Shown piece after piece: positions 1-22,790 of a stretch of DNA of 64,000 nucleotides. The translations under genes and the position numbers were made by a program. Position 1 is the first letter of the stretch. Each line of letters opens with the position of its first letter. This DNA is from the human T2T-CHM13v2.0 reference genome, Homo sapiens, in assembly GCF_009914755.1 (NCBI RefSeq), contig NC_060945.1. The stretch is one strand, 5' to 3'. A model generated the notes under the pieces. That model saw nothing but the letters and a program-made list of their open reading frames with translations. It made no database searches and was not told where the DNA came from.

Positions 1-7
1 TTAATTG

Positions 8-938
<931 letters not shown>

Positions 939-1869
939 AATCACCCCTTTTTGCTGGGCTGGGCCTCCTTTGCGAGTGCAGTGCGGTTCATCCCTTAGCA
1001 TCTCTGAGGTGTGTGCCCCGCCGTGTCCCTCCACACCGCTGTGACACTGCTGCTCTTCTGCAGAGTTGATAGCACGGGGCATGGTGACCGACGTCATCCC
1101 CCCCAGTAAAGGCGCACGAGGAGGGCGGGCTCCTGACCGGCCTCAGCAGGACTGTGTCCACCAGAGCAACACACCCAAAGCCAGGGTTCTGGCTGCAGCT
1201 CCTCAGACCAGTGGGAGGTCATTAGACCCGCAGGAGCGCACGTGACTCCGGGAAGTGGGATGGGACCGTGTTGCCGGAAAAGCCGGATGAGCAAAGGCGG
1301 GCAAGCCCAAGGTGTTCAGACCCGGCCGGAGAGGTGGGAGACGGGGAACACGGCAGCTGCACAGCTCTCCCGGGGAGAGTCCGCGTGTGGTGGGAGGGAC
1401 CCAGCCCGACTCCCTAGGAGCTGGTTTTCATGTTTGGGGCCCACGAAGACCTTGAGCTGCCTTCAGGAAGGATTGTCACGCGGGGCAGGGTGTGTAAGCA
1501 GATGAGCTGCGCTGTGCCAGCCTGTGCTCCTCTGCCCACGCAGCAGGCCGTACATTCCGCACCCGGGATGCCTGGGACGCCCACAGGCCTTGGCCAGGCT
1601 CGGCTTGTGGAGTGCAGAGCAAGGGCTGGTGGAGCTCCTCGGGCGCTTGGAGCCAGGGAGTGTGCGCAGTGGCAAGGGGGGACCTTAGAGACAAGCAAAT
1701 GCTAAATGATCTGAAATCGGGATTGGAGATGGGGCAGGGGAGAGTCGGCTCTAGACAGGCATGTCCAGCCTGTTTGCAAAACCCCTGCAAGATCTAAGGA
1801 CATCCAGGGGACAGACATCGTGAGCATGGGGTTCGGCTCCCATGTGCCTCTTGTCATGGAGGGACTTGA

Positions 1870-2427
<558 letters not shown>

Positions 2428-2538
2428 CAAGCAGCTTTTAAATGCAGGACTTCCGCCCCCGAAATTCCAACTCACACAGCTGTAATTACATGGTCAGTTC
2501 CACCTGCCCAGGACTTTATACGAAACCTGACCCCCCTC

Positions 2539-2989
<451 letters not shown>

Positions 2990-4544
2990 CTATGCCATGT
3001 CTCCTGCCCAAACCCTTTTCTGCTGCTCCCAACCAGAAAATAAGGATGGAGACAGCCTGCAGCCCCTCCTTTGCCAGTGAAAGATCTGGTGGGGAGGCGT
3101 GGGGTCTCTGGGGGTCGGGGGGACAGGTATGACGATGCTGGTGCCCATCTCTCTGGGGCATTCCGCCCCCTTTGGACTTCATTGTCCCTGCTGTGTCACC
3201 AGGGGCCCTGCCACACCCTGCCTCCGAGTGTGTGGGGTCTGTACCTGCTTTGCCCCCACTGGCCGCTTTCTCCAGGACAGCCATGAACATCTCCAGTGTC
3301 CTCGGAGCAAGGAAGGAATGCTTCCTGGAGCAGAAGTGGCCACAATGACGCTAGGTCAGCAGATGGCCGCAGAGGCCTGGGCAGTGACCGGTCGGAGAAC
3401 AAAGCCTGAGGTGTTCCCAGGCCGGTTTCCACGGGAGTCTTGGCAGTGACCCGTGCACGGAGGAGACGCGTGCCTTCCTGGCCCCCCAGTTTGGATTCCT
3501 GGTGCCTCTAAGGTCTGCTGATGGCAGAGCTGCACCCGGGTGAGCACAACCCAGGATGGGGTAGGGGGTGGCTCTTCACATTCCCTGTCCTCAGTGACAG
3601 AAACTCACTTTTATTATCCTAAACTCTGTTTTTGCTTAGAATTTGGGGCAACTTGCCCTGAAATAACCCTTCCCTTGTCCTTGGGATGAGGGGACTCTGT
3701 CCTCAGGGCATAATCATGTAGAAATAGGTCATCCTGCAGGTCCCCCCAGGAAATTCCTGAGAGGAAAGAGGGAACCCACTTTGAGCTGCCTGGGTCATTC
3801 CTCCAGCACGTCCCCTCCCAGCCCCAGCCTGCGCTGGAGACTGGTCTGAGTTCAAAGGCCGCGCCTTCTTCAGAGAACAGCCACTGCTGGCAGAGTCAGG
3901 CGTCCCATCCCCTCCAAGACAGCTGGGTTCCCTGGGGCTGTGGGAAGGCGGGTGTGGGGAGATGACCAGCGGTTTCTGGTCCTGTGTGCCCAGCCCCTAT
4001 CAGCCCACAGAGCCTCACCGTGGTGTCTCCCCTGCCCACCAGCACACGGAGGGAGCAGGAAGGGATGCCTGCCAGAGGCTTCGCCCTTAGTCGGGGAAGG
4101 AAGTGATCCCACTCCATCTTCTGGTCCGAAGCCTTTTCCCTCTTCAGGGTGGGCCTGTCCACACCCGCCCCCGAGGTGGCTCTTCCGTCTCTCCCGCAGG
4201 TGCAGGTGGGACCCACAGGCTGCAGAGTCAGACCTGAGGGAAAATCCCGACTTCAGAAGTCATTTCTCAGCCTCCTCATCAGAAAATGAAAACCCAAACC
4301 AAAAGCTCCCCAGAAGGCTGAGGGAAAGGAGCCGGGCTCCCATCCGACAACTCACTGGGCCATAAGCACAACCTGGGGTGTGGGGAGAAGCCACAGCTCT
4401 GCCCTGGGGGTCTCCAGGGTACCTGGGCCAGAAGCCTGCAGTGGCGGCCCGGACAGTGGGGGCCCAGGCAGCGGTTCACGAGGAGACCTTGGATGAGAGC
4501 TTGTCCCTTCCTTTCTGCAGCAGCCACTAAGGAAGGCGCAGAGG

Positions 4545-5256
<712 letters not shown>

Positions 5257-5269
5257 CTACCCGATGAGG

Positions 5270-5382
5270 AAGCCGGGGACCAGACCAAGGACACTGACCA
5301 TGCCCAAGCCGGGGACCAGACCAAGGACACTGACCATGCCCAAGCCAGGGACCAGACCAAGGACACTGACCATGCCCAAGCC
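5270..5382. repeat. 36-bp minisatellite, about 3.1 copies
   Basis: Unit agccggggaccagaccaaggacactgaccatgccca, near-identical copies. Confidence 0.96.
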
Positions 5383-5946
5383 GTCCAGCTAGTTCAGAGT
5401 CAAGTGGAAATAACCAGGGCGGGAGCACAGAGAGCCACATCCCAGTGGCTCCAGATCCTGGTGTCGGACAGCTGGGTGCTTGGGGAACTGCCGTTCATTC
5501 ACAGGGCTTTGCGGCTGAGCTCAGAACTTGATCTTGACTTTGATGGGTGGAAGGAATGTGAGTGCCTGGATTAAAGCGGATTGTCACGTAGGCCACAGGA
5601 TTCACGTGGGTAGAGACCCCTGGGCAGCAAGGAGCAGCCTCCAGCCCAAGTTAAGGCGTGGAGACAGTGAGCTGGGCGTGCCATCCGCGTGTGCCATCCT
5701 CAAAACCCAGCAAGTGCTCCCTCCTGACCTCAAGTGATCCACTCGCTTCGGCCTCCCAAAATGCTGGGATTACAGGCGTGAGCCACTAACTACCCTCAGC
5801 AAGGTTTCCAGTTTTTTGATGTATGCATTTATTGTTATTAACTTACCTCTTAATGCGTCTACTGTGTCCCAGAAGTTTTGGCACATTGTGTTTCTATTTT
5901 TGTTTGTTTCAAGGAATTTAATATTTTTAAAAGTTTTTTCATTGTT

Positions 5947-6542
5947 AAAAATATGGATCACTTCATGAATTTGCACGTTTCCTTGCAGGGGTCATGCTAA
6001 TCTTCTCTATCATTTCCACTTTAGGATATTGCCACGGTTTCTACAGGACTGAACAAAGGGGGACCAACGCAGAAATGAAAACTTAAAACAAAAGTAAGTA
6101 TTTTAAAGGAAGGGGCCAGGGGAAGAAGAAGAGCACTCGCAGCTTCCGGTGAGCATGAACAGCACCTGAGCTTCCACAGCCCTTCCTATTTGTTGAGTAG
6201 AATGAGCAGGGAGGAGGAGGTAATGATTGCTCAGCTGCTTAATTGATCACAGGTGCATATTATTACTAACAGCCTTCAGATGTGCCCTGTAGCTAATCAC
6301 AAGAAACACTTGTGCCTGGGTCGTGACTGCCTCAGTATTCCTTCTGGGCGGCAGAAGCAGTTTGTCAGTTTACCAGTTTGCCAACGTTCTGCTTTTCTGA
6401 GAACAGTTTGCTGTTTACCCACATACCCTCCAGTGGTATACTGAGTTGATCACCACCCTCACTTTCTGCAGCAGCCACTAAGGAAGGCGCAGAGGGACTT
6501 CCTTTCGGCCTGCAACAGTATCTGTGCTGCCCAAGTGAGTAT
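5947..6542 (-). pseudogene. U6 snRNA retrocopy, split by a solo LTR
   Basis: 5947-6029 matches the reverse complement of the U6 3' part (AAAATATGGA..CTTCA.GAATTTGC...CAGGGG.CATGCTAATCTTCTCT). 6518-6542 matches the 5' part (GTAT.TGTGCTGCC.AAG.GAG.A). Flanked by GGAATTT(T)AA direct repeats at about 5913 and 6543 inside an L1. Confidence 0.9.
6030..6517 (-). mobile_element. ERVK solo LTR, LTR3-like (HERV-K HML-6)
   Basis: TG...CA termini. The minus strand starts TGTTGCAGGCCGAAAG...TGAGGGTGGTGATCAACTCAGTATACCACTGGAGG, as recalled for LTR3. 6-bp TSD GGATAT (6024-6029) / GTATCT (6518-6523), both derivable from U6 GTATAT. Confidence 0.8.
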
Positions 6543-7272
6543 GGAATTTTAAATTTTCATTCTTAGTCTCTTCCTTCATCCACTGGTCATTCAGGAGCAT
6601 GTTGTTTAATTTCCATGTATTTGTACAGTTTCAAATGTTCCTCTTGTTATTGCTTTCTGGTTTTGTTGCACTGTGGTCAGATAAGATACCTGGTATCATT
6701 TTGATTTTTAAAACATTGTAGAGACATGTTTTGTGTCTTAACATATTGTCAATCCTGGAGAATCTCCCATGTGCTGATGAAAAGAATGTATTTTTCAGCT
6801 GTTGAGTGAAACGTTCTGTAAAGGTCTGTCAGGTCCATTTGGTCTACGGTGTAGTTTCAATCCAATGTTTCTTTGTTAATCTTCTATCTAGATGATCTTT
6901 TTAATGCTGAGAGAGGGGTTTTAGAGTCCAACTATTATTCTATTGGGGTCTATCTCTCCCTTTAGATCTATTAATAATAATATTTGCTTTATATACCTGG
7001 GTACCCTGGTGTTGGGTGCATATATATTTTTAAGTGTTATATTCCCTTGCCAAATTAACCCCCTTATTATTATACAGCGTCTTTGTCTCTTTTTATAGCT
7101 TTTGAAGTCTGTTTTGTCTAATATAAGTACAGTTACTCCTGCTCACTTTTGGTTTCCATTTTTGTGGAATATTTTTTTCCATCCCTTCACTTTTAGCCTA
7201 TATGTTTCTTTACACATGAGGTGAGTTTCTTGTAGGCAGCGTATAGCTGGGTCTTTTTAAAAATCCATTCAT

Positions 7273-7578
<306 letters not shown>

Positions 7579-8144
7579 TCCATTCAGCCAGTCTATATCA
7601 TTTAAATGGGGGAATTTAATCCATTTACATTTAGGGTTATTACTGATAGGTAAGGATTTACTCCTATCATGTTGTTGATGTTTTCTGATTATTTTCTATA
7701 TCAGAAAATAATCGGAAGTGCACACCTTGTGCTCCTAGACCAGGGCAGTGCTGCTGTGTGAATTCCTGGCAGCTCTCCAAGCTGGGCTCAGGGCTTGCAA
7801 GGACTGTGGGATTCTCCTGTCGTAAGGACTGTAGGTGTTGGTGGTGGCAATGGGGGCTGATGAGGATCTTCTACTTACCTTTGCCCCGCAAGGGGGTGTC
7901 CCTCTTGACTCCCAGCAGATTCAATCCAGGTGGAGGAGATGGAGCTGCAGGGCCAGGTGCCTCGACACTGCCCTCCAATTTGAAGGGCTTCCAATCACCA
8001 AAGGTGTGTCTTTTCTCCCTGCTGCGCTTCACATTCTCCCTCTGACACTCCAGTCAAATCTTAGCTATTTATTCATTGTCTTGGTCCTTTCTTGTGGAGG
8101 ACAAGTGCCAGGGGTCTCTAGTCAGCCACCCTGATGACATTATG

Positions 8145-9035
<891 letters not shown>

Positions 9036-9289
9036 ATACACTCCCATCGTTCAGACATTGCAGTTATCCAGCCCAGTGCAAAGGAGAGGCCTCCGTCTCC
9101 CCAGCCCTGTCTGCCTGTGTCCTCCACAGGCTGGAGCTTGGCTGGTGCGGTGCCCATGATACCTACTGTGAGTGGCTGTCAGTCTGTTTCAATTGGTCAA
9201 TTCCTGTGCTATATTGGCCAGCAAGTATCGTAAGTCTTACCCCTGCTTGTAGATACATATTTGTATTAGTGTATGTTTCCAGTAATTCC

Positions 9290-9582
9290 TTTTTTTTTTT
9301 TTCTGAGACAGGGTCTCATTCTGTTGCCCAGGCTGAAGTGCAGTGGTCAACCTTTGCTCACTGCAGCCTCAACTTGTTGGGCTCAAGCAATCCTCCCATC
9401 TCAGCCTCCCCAGTGGCTGGGATTACAGATGTGTACCACCACACCTGGCTAACTTATTTTTTGGTAGACATGGGGGTCTCTCTATGTTGCCCAGGCTGGT
9501 CTCAAACTCCTGGCCCCAAATGATCCTCCTGTCTCAGCCTCCCGAAGTGCTGAGACTACAGGCGTGAACACTGCACCTGGCC
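9290..9582 (-). mobile_element. AluJ
   Basis: Antisense Alu. Confidence 0.88.
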
Positions 9583-11687
9583 TTATTCTTTCTTTTCAAA
9601 AAATGGACATGCTTGGCTGGGTGGCTCTCTGGAAGCTTCCTTGGCAGCTTAGTGTATGTCAGTGTTTAGAAATGTTCCACTGCCATGTGGTGCCGCACCC
9701 CCATTGCTGGGTCAGGAACGTGTCCCTCATCCACCTTATTGCTGATGCTGTTGGTGTCTCAGAAGGGTTTACTATTTCTGCTCATGCTGGGTTGGACTAA
9801 GAGAGGGAAAACCCTCCTATCACTAGCAGGTGTTGGCCTCTCCCTCTCCTGACATGAGAATGCATCTTAAATAAAGACCTGCCTCTTTCTCCCATGCCTG
9901 AAAAGGGCCAAGATGCTCTGGCTGAAGTTGCCAGGAGGTCAGCACCTCTTCCTTTCCCCTGCATTCTGGGGATTGCCCCCCGCCACTGTCTCTGGTTGAA
10001 TGTGTCTGTGCAAACCTCTGTAGTGATCTCTGCAAAGGGAGGAGGGGAGTGGGGCCGGGACTAAGCCTGGGACAGAGGTGGGAGCTGGGCCAGGGGGAGC
10101 CTCCCTTGGGGCCAGGCAGTGGCAAGAGCCACGTGGAAAAAAGCAAGTCCCTTTGATCAGAAAACCCACTGCTGTCCCTGCACCAGCCTGGGCCAGGACG
10201 GGACAGATGGGCCTTGGCAAGCCTCCCACGGACACCACGCAGCCTCACCCCACAGCAGTCAGCCGCCTTAGGTCTGCAGCTCACAGCCCATCCTGCCAGG
10301 GACAGTTGGAAGACTGCCTGGAGGAGGCCTTTGGTTCCCAAAAAAGCTGGGCTGAGGCCACAAGGCCCCCTGCAGACCCTCGTCCTCAGACTTGTTTCCA
10401 CATTTATTTAAAGGATGCAGGGAGGAGCTGGTTTTATATTAATAACAATTAAGTACTCTTCATGTTCAAAACAGAACACTTATTACTTGCAATTTTCTGA
10501 GTCAGCCAAGTTCCCAGCCAGTGTATTAAACATGTAACGTTTAGGTAATGAGATGAACTCTTGATTTCAGTACCAGGCCGTGGGTGCATCTCTCCTAGAA
10601 TTCCGGCAGCCATCGGGCCCCTCTCAGGGCTGGGGGCTGGACGACAGGGGAGCAGGAGAGATGCGTCCATCACAGAGCCATCTGCCTTCGAGGCAGAGTG
10701 TGCATGGACTGGGGTACAGGTGGTTTATTTGAGGTGGGCCCAGAGAGAGGGGGAAGGGAGTGGGGATGGTGGGGTGTAGAGGATGGGGGTAAGACAGGGA
10801 CTGTCACTGAGCTAGTTCCCATCATAGTTCGACCTGGCCAGGGCTGTGAACAAAGTACCTCTGAGCAGAGGGAGGTTTGCATGACCACCCACCTACCCCA
10901 GGGCGGCCATCGTGGAGACAGGGCCTGCTGGTGTCCATTTTCCAACGCTTCCTGGCTGAGCCTGTTTCTGAGCCCATGGAGAAGGTTCTAGGCCTGCGGC
11001 AGAAAAGTGGGGCCCCCAACTAGTCTCAGAGGAGGGACCCTAACTGTCTGGTGCCACCCAGCTGCACCTGAAATCAGAGTGAGCTGAAGGCATGTGGCCT
11101 GGGGCACCCAATGCGTCTGTTAGGGTCTGAGTGCACCAGGGAGGACTGTTCTCTTGTCACCACTCAGGCCACCGTGACTGGACAGTTTTCCCATTGTACC
11201 ATTTACGTAGGAAGAGATGTAGAAACTGGGCTAGCTGACACCACCCTCCAGGCTATTCGAGTGATGTTTTGGAGGTTGGCTTACTGGCAGCTCAGCCCTC
11301 AACCAGCTCTTCCCTCTTGCCACCTTCTTCTGTGCAAGGGGGATGTTATATCACCCGCTGTTAGGTGTGCCAGGGGTTGGCGTGAAAGGCATTGGTGCTG
11401 CTCCTATGTCTGAGCCAGGCCACAGCCGGCTTCTGCCATCTGGGCAGTGGGCGGCTCCCTGGTCCCTGAGAACAGCAAGGAAAAGGTGGGGCACAGATGA
11501 GGGCCTCCAGCAGGGTGGCTGCTCCTGCCCCAGTCCCGAACCCCACCGCGCAGGGACACAAGCGGGGGACATGAGGCCAAGGCACAGACAGGCCTCTTGG
11601 GGAGTGACCTCTGCTTGGAGAGGGAGCACGAGAATCCAGACTGTCAGGAAGCCAAGAAAGACCCAACTGAGTTCAAAATAGGAGCAC

Positions 11688-12001
11688 GGGCCAGGCACGG
11701 TGGCTCACGCCTGTAATCCCAGCACTTTGGGAGGCTGAGGCGGGCAGATCACGAGGTCAGGAGATTGAGACCATCCTGGCTAACACGGTGAAACCCCGTC
11801 TCTACTAAAAAAAATAAAAATAAAAAAAATTAGCCGGGCGTGGTGGCGGGCACCTGTAGTCCCAGCTACTCGGGAGGCTGAGGCAGGAGAATGGCGTGAA
11901 CCCGGGAGAGGTGGAGCTTGCAGTGAGCCGAGATTGCGCCATTGCACTCCAGCCTAGGCGACAGAGTGAGACTCCGTCTCAAAAAAAAAAAAAAAAAAAA
12001 A
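11688..12001 (+). mobile_element. AluY
   Basis: AluY diagnostic positions and a long poly(A). Confidence 0.92.
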
Positions 12002-12128
12002 TAGCATGGGGCATAGTGTTTGGAGCAGCCGTCCACAGCGCCAGGCTTGATTCCATCAGCGCTACTTATTTACATCACACTATACAGCCTAAAACCTGGG
12101 AAGAGCGTATTGTTTCTGCACAAGCTCA

Positions 12129-19680
<7,552 letters not shown>

Positions 19681-20006
19681 GGAAAGTCCTTTCCTGTAGC
19701 ACTACTGGACCTCTAGTCTTTGTGCCATCCTCAACTCTGTAACAGCCGCTTCCTGGTAAACCCATAGAGTCGTCCCACACGTGTAGTCCAGCCTAGGCCA
19801 AGGACTTTCAGGGAACCCTACATCGACTTCGGCTCCCCACTCTTGCTAAGCTTCTTCCCCTCCAGTGCCCTGCCTTGCCGGCCTGCTGCTTTAGCTGCCC
19901 AGAAGTCTGGTCTCTTGCCTCTCACACCATTACAGTGCACCACACTACACTATGTTCACACATTTAGCAGCTGTGTTCACACCCAAACTATCTCATATAT
20001 ACATTT

Positions 20007-21046
20007 TGTTAAAAAAAACTTCAGGACTCTCTAAACTTATGATGCCAAGGGTGAAGTTAAGCCCTGGAGACTGAGTCAGTAGCAAGTTTGCAATTCTGCT
20101 TCTTCGATTACAGTTTAATGCTCTTCCTCCTTGTTCTTGAGCACAAGTGTCTTCCTCATTGTGGCTGCTCTGTAAATCAGGGCTCCCCGACCGCCAGGGC
20201 CACAGACACATACCGGTCAGGCCACACAGCAGGAGGTGAGCTTCAGGCCAGGGAGCAAAGCTTCATCTGTATTTACAGCTGCTCCCCATCGCTGGCATTA
20301 CCGCCTGAGCTCCGCCTCCTGTCAGGTCAGCAGCAGCGCTGGATTCTCCTAGGAGGGTGAACCCTGTTGTGAACTGCACATTGGAGGGGTCTAGGTTGCG
20401 TGCTCCTTATGAGAATCTCATCCCTAATGATGTGTCCCTGGCTTCCATCATCCCTAGATGTGACCGTCCAGTTGCAGGAAAACAAGCTCAGGGCTCCCAC
20501 TGATTCCACATTATGGGAAGTTGTATTTTATTACATATTACAACATAAAAATAATAAAGTGCACAATAAATGAAATGTGTTTGAATCGTCCTGAAACCAC
20601 CCCAACTTTGTCTGTGGAAAAACTGCATTCTATGAAACTGGTCCCTGGTGCCAAAAAGGTTGGGGACTGCTGCTGTTAATGACTAAGAAAGACCAGGTCT
20701 CCCCCTTCCCATTTGGTGATTTTTGTTACAGATTAGCTGTCTCCATTGTCCTGTACCTGACTTAGACCAGACAGCACAGAGACCCCAGGACTGTTTCATC
20801 TTCAGTGGGTCCCCAAAGAAAAAGACCACCTCGACTAAACAGACTGTTGTAACTATGCATTAGGCCTTATACAGAAAAGACGCTGAAATTCGGTTAGGCT
20901 TCCCGAGACGCTGGCTATAGAAACGACCCCAAATTTCTACGTTTGAGAACACTGACTTCCATTCTTTATAATGTTTCCTGGGCGCCTCAAGCTTCGCATT
21001 TGACTAAACTCTAGATTCTGACCCTTTTGATTATTTTTGGTTGACA
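20007..21046 (+). mobile_element. ERV1-class (MER4-group-like) solo LTR, interrupted by MER1A
   Basis: Starts TGTTAAAAAAAACTTCAGGACTCTCTAAA...GTTAAGCCCTGGAGACTGAGTCA and ends ...TTTTGATTATTTTTGGTTGACA. Exact family uncertain. Confidence 0.6.
20178..20672 (+). mobile_element. MER1A (hAT-Charlie DNA transposon)
   Basis: CAGGGCTCCCC...GAAAACAAGCTCAGGGCTCCCACTGATT...GGTGCCAAAAAGGTTGGGGACTGCTG. 8-bp TSD CTGTAAAT (20170-20177) / CTGTTAAT (20673-20680). Confidence 0.9.
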
Positions 21047-21062
21047 GTTTTTGTCATTTTAT

Positions 21063-21385
21063 GGCTGGGAGTGATGGCTCACACCTGTAATCTCAACACT
21101 TTGGGAGGCCAAGGCTGGAGGATCACTTGAGCCCAGGAGTTTGAAACCAGCCTGGAAAACATAGTGAGATCCCGACAAAAGAAAAGAAAAGAAAAAAATT
21201 AGCTGGGCGTGGTGGCTGCCCCCGTGGTCCCAGTTACTGGCGGAGGGGGTGGGGCGGGGGGAAACAAGGCGGGAGGATCGCTTGAGCCTGGAAGGTCGAG
21301 GCTGCAGTGAGCCGTGTCCCGCCACTGCACTCCAGCCTGAGCCAACTGAGGAAGACCCTGCTCCAAAGAAAAAAAGAAAAAGAAA
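21063..21385 (+). mobile_element. AluJ abutting the CpG island
   Basis: Alu arms with a G-rich insertion at about 21245-21261. Confidence 0.85.
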
Positions 21386-22078
21386 CACCCGCGCCCCGCC
21401 CCCCCCGTTTACGTGCACAAGAAGCCCATATGCAGTTAAGTGTGAGGTTTATTTTGTGGCATTCCGAAATGCCGAGGGCCAGGTCCCCACAAAAACATTT
21501 GCGGCGTGAGGGAAACGGGAAGAGCCCAGCGGTAGGCGGAAGGCACGCGCCGGGGACACTCAGCGGCGAGGGCCTGCGGGAGCCCCCAGCGCGATAAGGA
21601 GCCCGGCCGGGGAGCAGCGGCCCGCCGCGGGACGCCCGAGCTGCGGGGAACGCGAGGGCAGCGAGGCCGGCGTCTCTGGTCCGGGAGCGTCCAGGCTCGC
21701 TCACCGCGCGCGAGGCCCGCCTGCCGAGTCCTGGCCTCAGCTCCGGCGCAGGGCCCAGCGGGGCGCCCACTGCCGAGGGAGGAAGATGGACGTGTCCCGG
21801 GAGCCCCGCTCCGCCTCCCACTTCCCACCTCCCGGTCCCGCGCGGCCGGCCCGGGCGCACTTCCGTCGGAGGCGAAGCGCGGCGAAGACCCGCCCCGTGA
21901 AGCCTCGCGCGCCCCGGAAATGGTCATGCGGCGGCGCCGAGGCCGGAAGTGGCTGAGGCCGGCAGCAGCGGGCGGCAGCTGCGGCGCAACCGGCTCCGGA
22001 GCTGCCTGGCGCGGCCGGGCGGGCGGCGCCGCTCAGGCTCGGGCTCCGGCTGGGCCCGGCGCGGCCTCGGGGCTGCCC

Positions 22079-22105
22079 ATGGGGCGCGGGGGGCCGGGCC
22101 GGTGA
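22079..22105 (+). other. upstream ORF MGRGGPGR* in the TRAPPC10 5' UTR
   Basis: ATG 22079 to TGA 22103-22105, ending 12 nt before the main ATG and in the same frame. Translation is not shown by sequence alone. Confidence 0.6.
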
Positions 22106-22117
22106 CGCCGGACGCCC

Positions 22118-22184
22118 ATGGACGCCTCTGAGGAGCCGCTGCCGCCGGTGATCTACACCATGGAGAACAAGCCCATCGTCACCT
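22118..22184 (+). CDS. TRAPPC10: TRAPPC10 coding exon 1 (trafficking protein particle complex subunit 10, TRAPPII)
   Basis: ATG at 22118 reads MDASEEPLPPVIYTMENKPIVT, the recognised TRAPPC10 N-terminus. The 67 nt end in phase 1 at donor GTGAGT (22185). Lies in a CpG island. Confidence 0.97.
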
Positions 22185-22729
22185 GTGAGTGCCCGGAGGC
22201 GGGGAGGGCGCGGCGGTCGTTGGGCGGGCCCGGGCCCTGGCGTTATGCACCCGGCGCCCCCAGACCTTCAGCCCCCGGCGCGCTCCGGGCTGGGCCGCTT
22301 CCTGGAGGTGTGACCAGGGCTGCGGCTGAGGCGGGGCCCTCTGACTTTTCGGGGACGCCCTCTGACCTTCCCGCCGGGCGACCTCTGACCCCTGGGGGGC
22401 GCCCTCGGGCCGGCTGCAGTTGGAGCCGGTGGAACCCGGCGGACTCTGCCCGGGACTGGGCGCGCGCCGGCGTCGAGGGCGAGGAGCGGGGGCTGCCACC
22501 GCCCCGTCCCGCCCCCGTTGAGCCGCGCGCCCGGGACCTGGGGGCCCCGGCCTCTTCCGCCGGGCGGTTTTGCCCGCGGGCGCCCTTTCCCCGACTACGG
22601 GGAAGTCCTTGGGGGCTCGCAGAGTTGCAGGCGTTGGCGAAGTAGGAACAGTTTGTTGCGGGGTGAAGCGTCAGGCAGAGCCGCCGGGACTGCTTTCGCT
22701 CCTACACACTTCCCCGCCGCGCACTCAAA

Positions 22730-22790
22730 CCATTTTACGGATGAGAAAGCCGAGGCTCGGGCGCTTAGGCGAGCTTGCTCCCCATGAACA
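22730..22790 (-). mobile_element. MIR core fragment
   Basis: cattttacggatgagaaagccgaggctcggg matches the MIR core cattttacagatgaggaaactgaggctcag. Confidence 0.65.
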
